This document shows, one piece after another, positions 62,794 to 64,000 of a stretch of DNA of 64,000 nucleotides (its first letter is position 1; the number at the start of each line of letters is the position of its first letter). The notes beneath the pieces were generated by a model, which had not been told where the DNA came from, did no database searches, and saw only the letters and a list, made by a program, of their open reading frames with translations. The translations under genes and the position numbers were made by a program. Source of the DNA: an uncultured Candidatus Saccharibacteria bacterium. GTDB lineage: Bacteria; Patescibacteriota; Doudnabacteria; UBA920. The stretch is from the NCBI GenBank assembly GCA_964384035.1, contig CAYLIB010000003.1, positions 36,393 to 100,392 of the forward strand. Direction: 5' to 3'.

Positions 62794-63954
62794 TTAGATA
62801 CTGCGTTTAGTTATTTGTCGCTTACCGTAGCCAGCTTGCTCCACGATCTGCGCTACTGTTTCTTGATCTGGAGCATTAAGGACTTTTATTACCAGATCAA
62901 GCTGTTCCTTTGTTACAGGGAACTCGATATGGATACTACCCTTTCCACCTTCGAAATAGACATTCACAGGTTTTTCAGATGGCCTCAGATGTTCGAATGG
63001 TTGAACCAGACGATTGTAAATGAAGTCCTTTGCTTGAGCTGTAAGATGTTTACTTAAGTCCACAGCGTTTCGGTACATGTGTAGTGACAAGTACCGGCCA
63101 TCAGTATCTAACGGTGCTGTTGGGTAGCCTTGACGTTTAAGCGCGTCTTGCTTGGCCTTCTCGCGAGCTAATCCATTGATCGGGATTTTTCTACCGTGGT
63201 TTAGCGGTCTTACTTTTGCGGTTAAGACGTGGAGAAAATCGGCACCCAATGGTTGTACATAGTTTCTGGGTTTCGATACCCAATGACATACGGCAACCCA
63301 ACGAGTGATTTTACGTTTCTTTTTCCTAATCTTTACCGTAGTAGTTTTCTTTTTTAACTTGCAGGACTTCTCGGACATTACAGATCTGGAGAAAACCATA
63401 TTATCACCCGAAGCGAGTTTAACCGCTCCTGGTGTTTTTTTGATCATCTCGTAAGTTAGAATATAAGGCAATCCTGCGTTTTGTGCGCGCGAAGCAGCTT
63501 CTCTTAATTTGTCCATCCGGCCAAGATTGACCTCAGCATCACCTTCTTCCTCCTCGTCTTTCTCGGCTTCTTCGAGGATTTTTTTCTCCTCTTCGGCAGT
63601 GGGTTTTTTCTCCTGGACCTCTTCTATTGTTCCAGGAGTTTTAATAGCCCAAATTTCGAGTTCAGATTTTTTTTCGACGAACTTGGAAATTTCGGTTGGC
63701 TTATCATCTTTCTTTGGTAAAGCAACTGGTATAGGCTCAGGTTTAGGTTTGGTTTGTGGCTTTACCCTTGCCTTAACCTTGGTACTTTTAACTGACCTAT
63801 TAGATTTCTGAGCTTTTTTACTCTTTTTACTTTGCTTTTTAGTTTTCGTTGCCCCACGAGTAACACTGTGTTTTTTACCTTTTGAAGCTAGGGCTTCGTT
63901 TGAAACCCATAAAGTGAGCATGACAACGAACATGCAAGCAATGAGTTTTTTCAT
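62794..63954 (-). CDS. Secreted Lys-rich protein with putative M15/DUF5715-like Zn peptidase domain
   Basis: ATG 63954 with SD GGAGG; signal peptide; R...Q..L, S.H....AVD+S, E.....H+ pattern of Hedgehog/DD-peptidase fold. Confidence 0.6.
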   Translation of the reverse strand: MKKLIACMFVVMLTLWVSNEALASKGKKHSVTRGATKTKKQSKKSKKAQKSNRSVKSTKVKARVKPQTKPKPEPIPVALPKKDDKPTEISKFVEKKSELEIWAIKTPGTIEEVQEKKPTAEEEKKILEEAEKDEEEEGDAEVNLGRMDKLREAASRAQNAGLPYILTYEMIKKTPGAVKLASGDNMVFSRSVMSEKSCKLKKKTTTVKIRKKKRKITRWVAVCHWVSKPRNYVQPLGADFLHVLTAKVRPLNHGRKIPINGLAREKAKQDALKRQGYPTAPLDTDGRYLSLHMYRNAVDLSKHLTAQAKDFIYNRLVQPFEHLRPSEKPVNVYFEGGKGSIHIEFPVTKEQLDLVIKVLNAPDQETVAQIVEQAGYGKRQITKRSI

Positions 63955-64000
63955 TATTAGACCTCCAATTGATGTTTTCGTTGTTACCCACAACAGGGCA

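Noticed and set aside
1-64000. tRNA, rRNA, tmRNA or SRP RNA genes and alternative genetic code
   Set aside because: No such motifs recognised by eye in the spacers; conserved genes translate full-length with code 11 and TGA serves as a stop (e.g. murC, rfbD)

Overview
Chromosomal window of an AT-rich bacterium whose gene repertoire and order point to the Patescibacteria/CPR (inference: short C-Ala-less AlaRS, infA-rpmJ-rpsM-rpsK-rpsD-rpoA-rplQ-rplM-rpsI block, baseplate-J-like membrane protein, Parcubacteria-type surface proteins). Almost all housekeeping genes are on the minus strand: secA, hpf, murB/murC/murG/murA, mreB, alaS, pgi, ctpA, r-proteins/rpoA, RNase P RNA, two glycosyltransferase/flippase clusters, rml (dTDP-rhamnose) genes, galE, a subtilase, a sortase and its probable DUF11/IPKTG substrate. 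Interleaved are about a dozen self-contained ORFan cassettes, often on the opposite strand and GC-richer, with strong Shine-Dalgarno sites that most core genes lack. Two things stand out. (1) A family of inverted heptamer-repeat stems at operon gene junctions, present both 'filled' (enclosing a four-helix-bundle/23S-IVP/Avd-like ORF between galE and a GT2) and 'empty' (rpoA-rplQ, murA-mreB). (2) The SD-led ORFan cassettes, many secreted or carrying degenerate enzyme motifs (TIR, DHH-like, KH-like, SLT-like, M15-like). No tRNA, rRNA, CRISPR array, integrase or transposase was recognised. All family assignments are by eye from motifs; no database searches were run.
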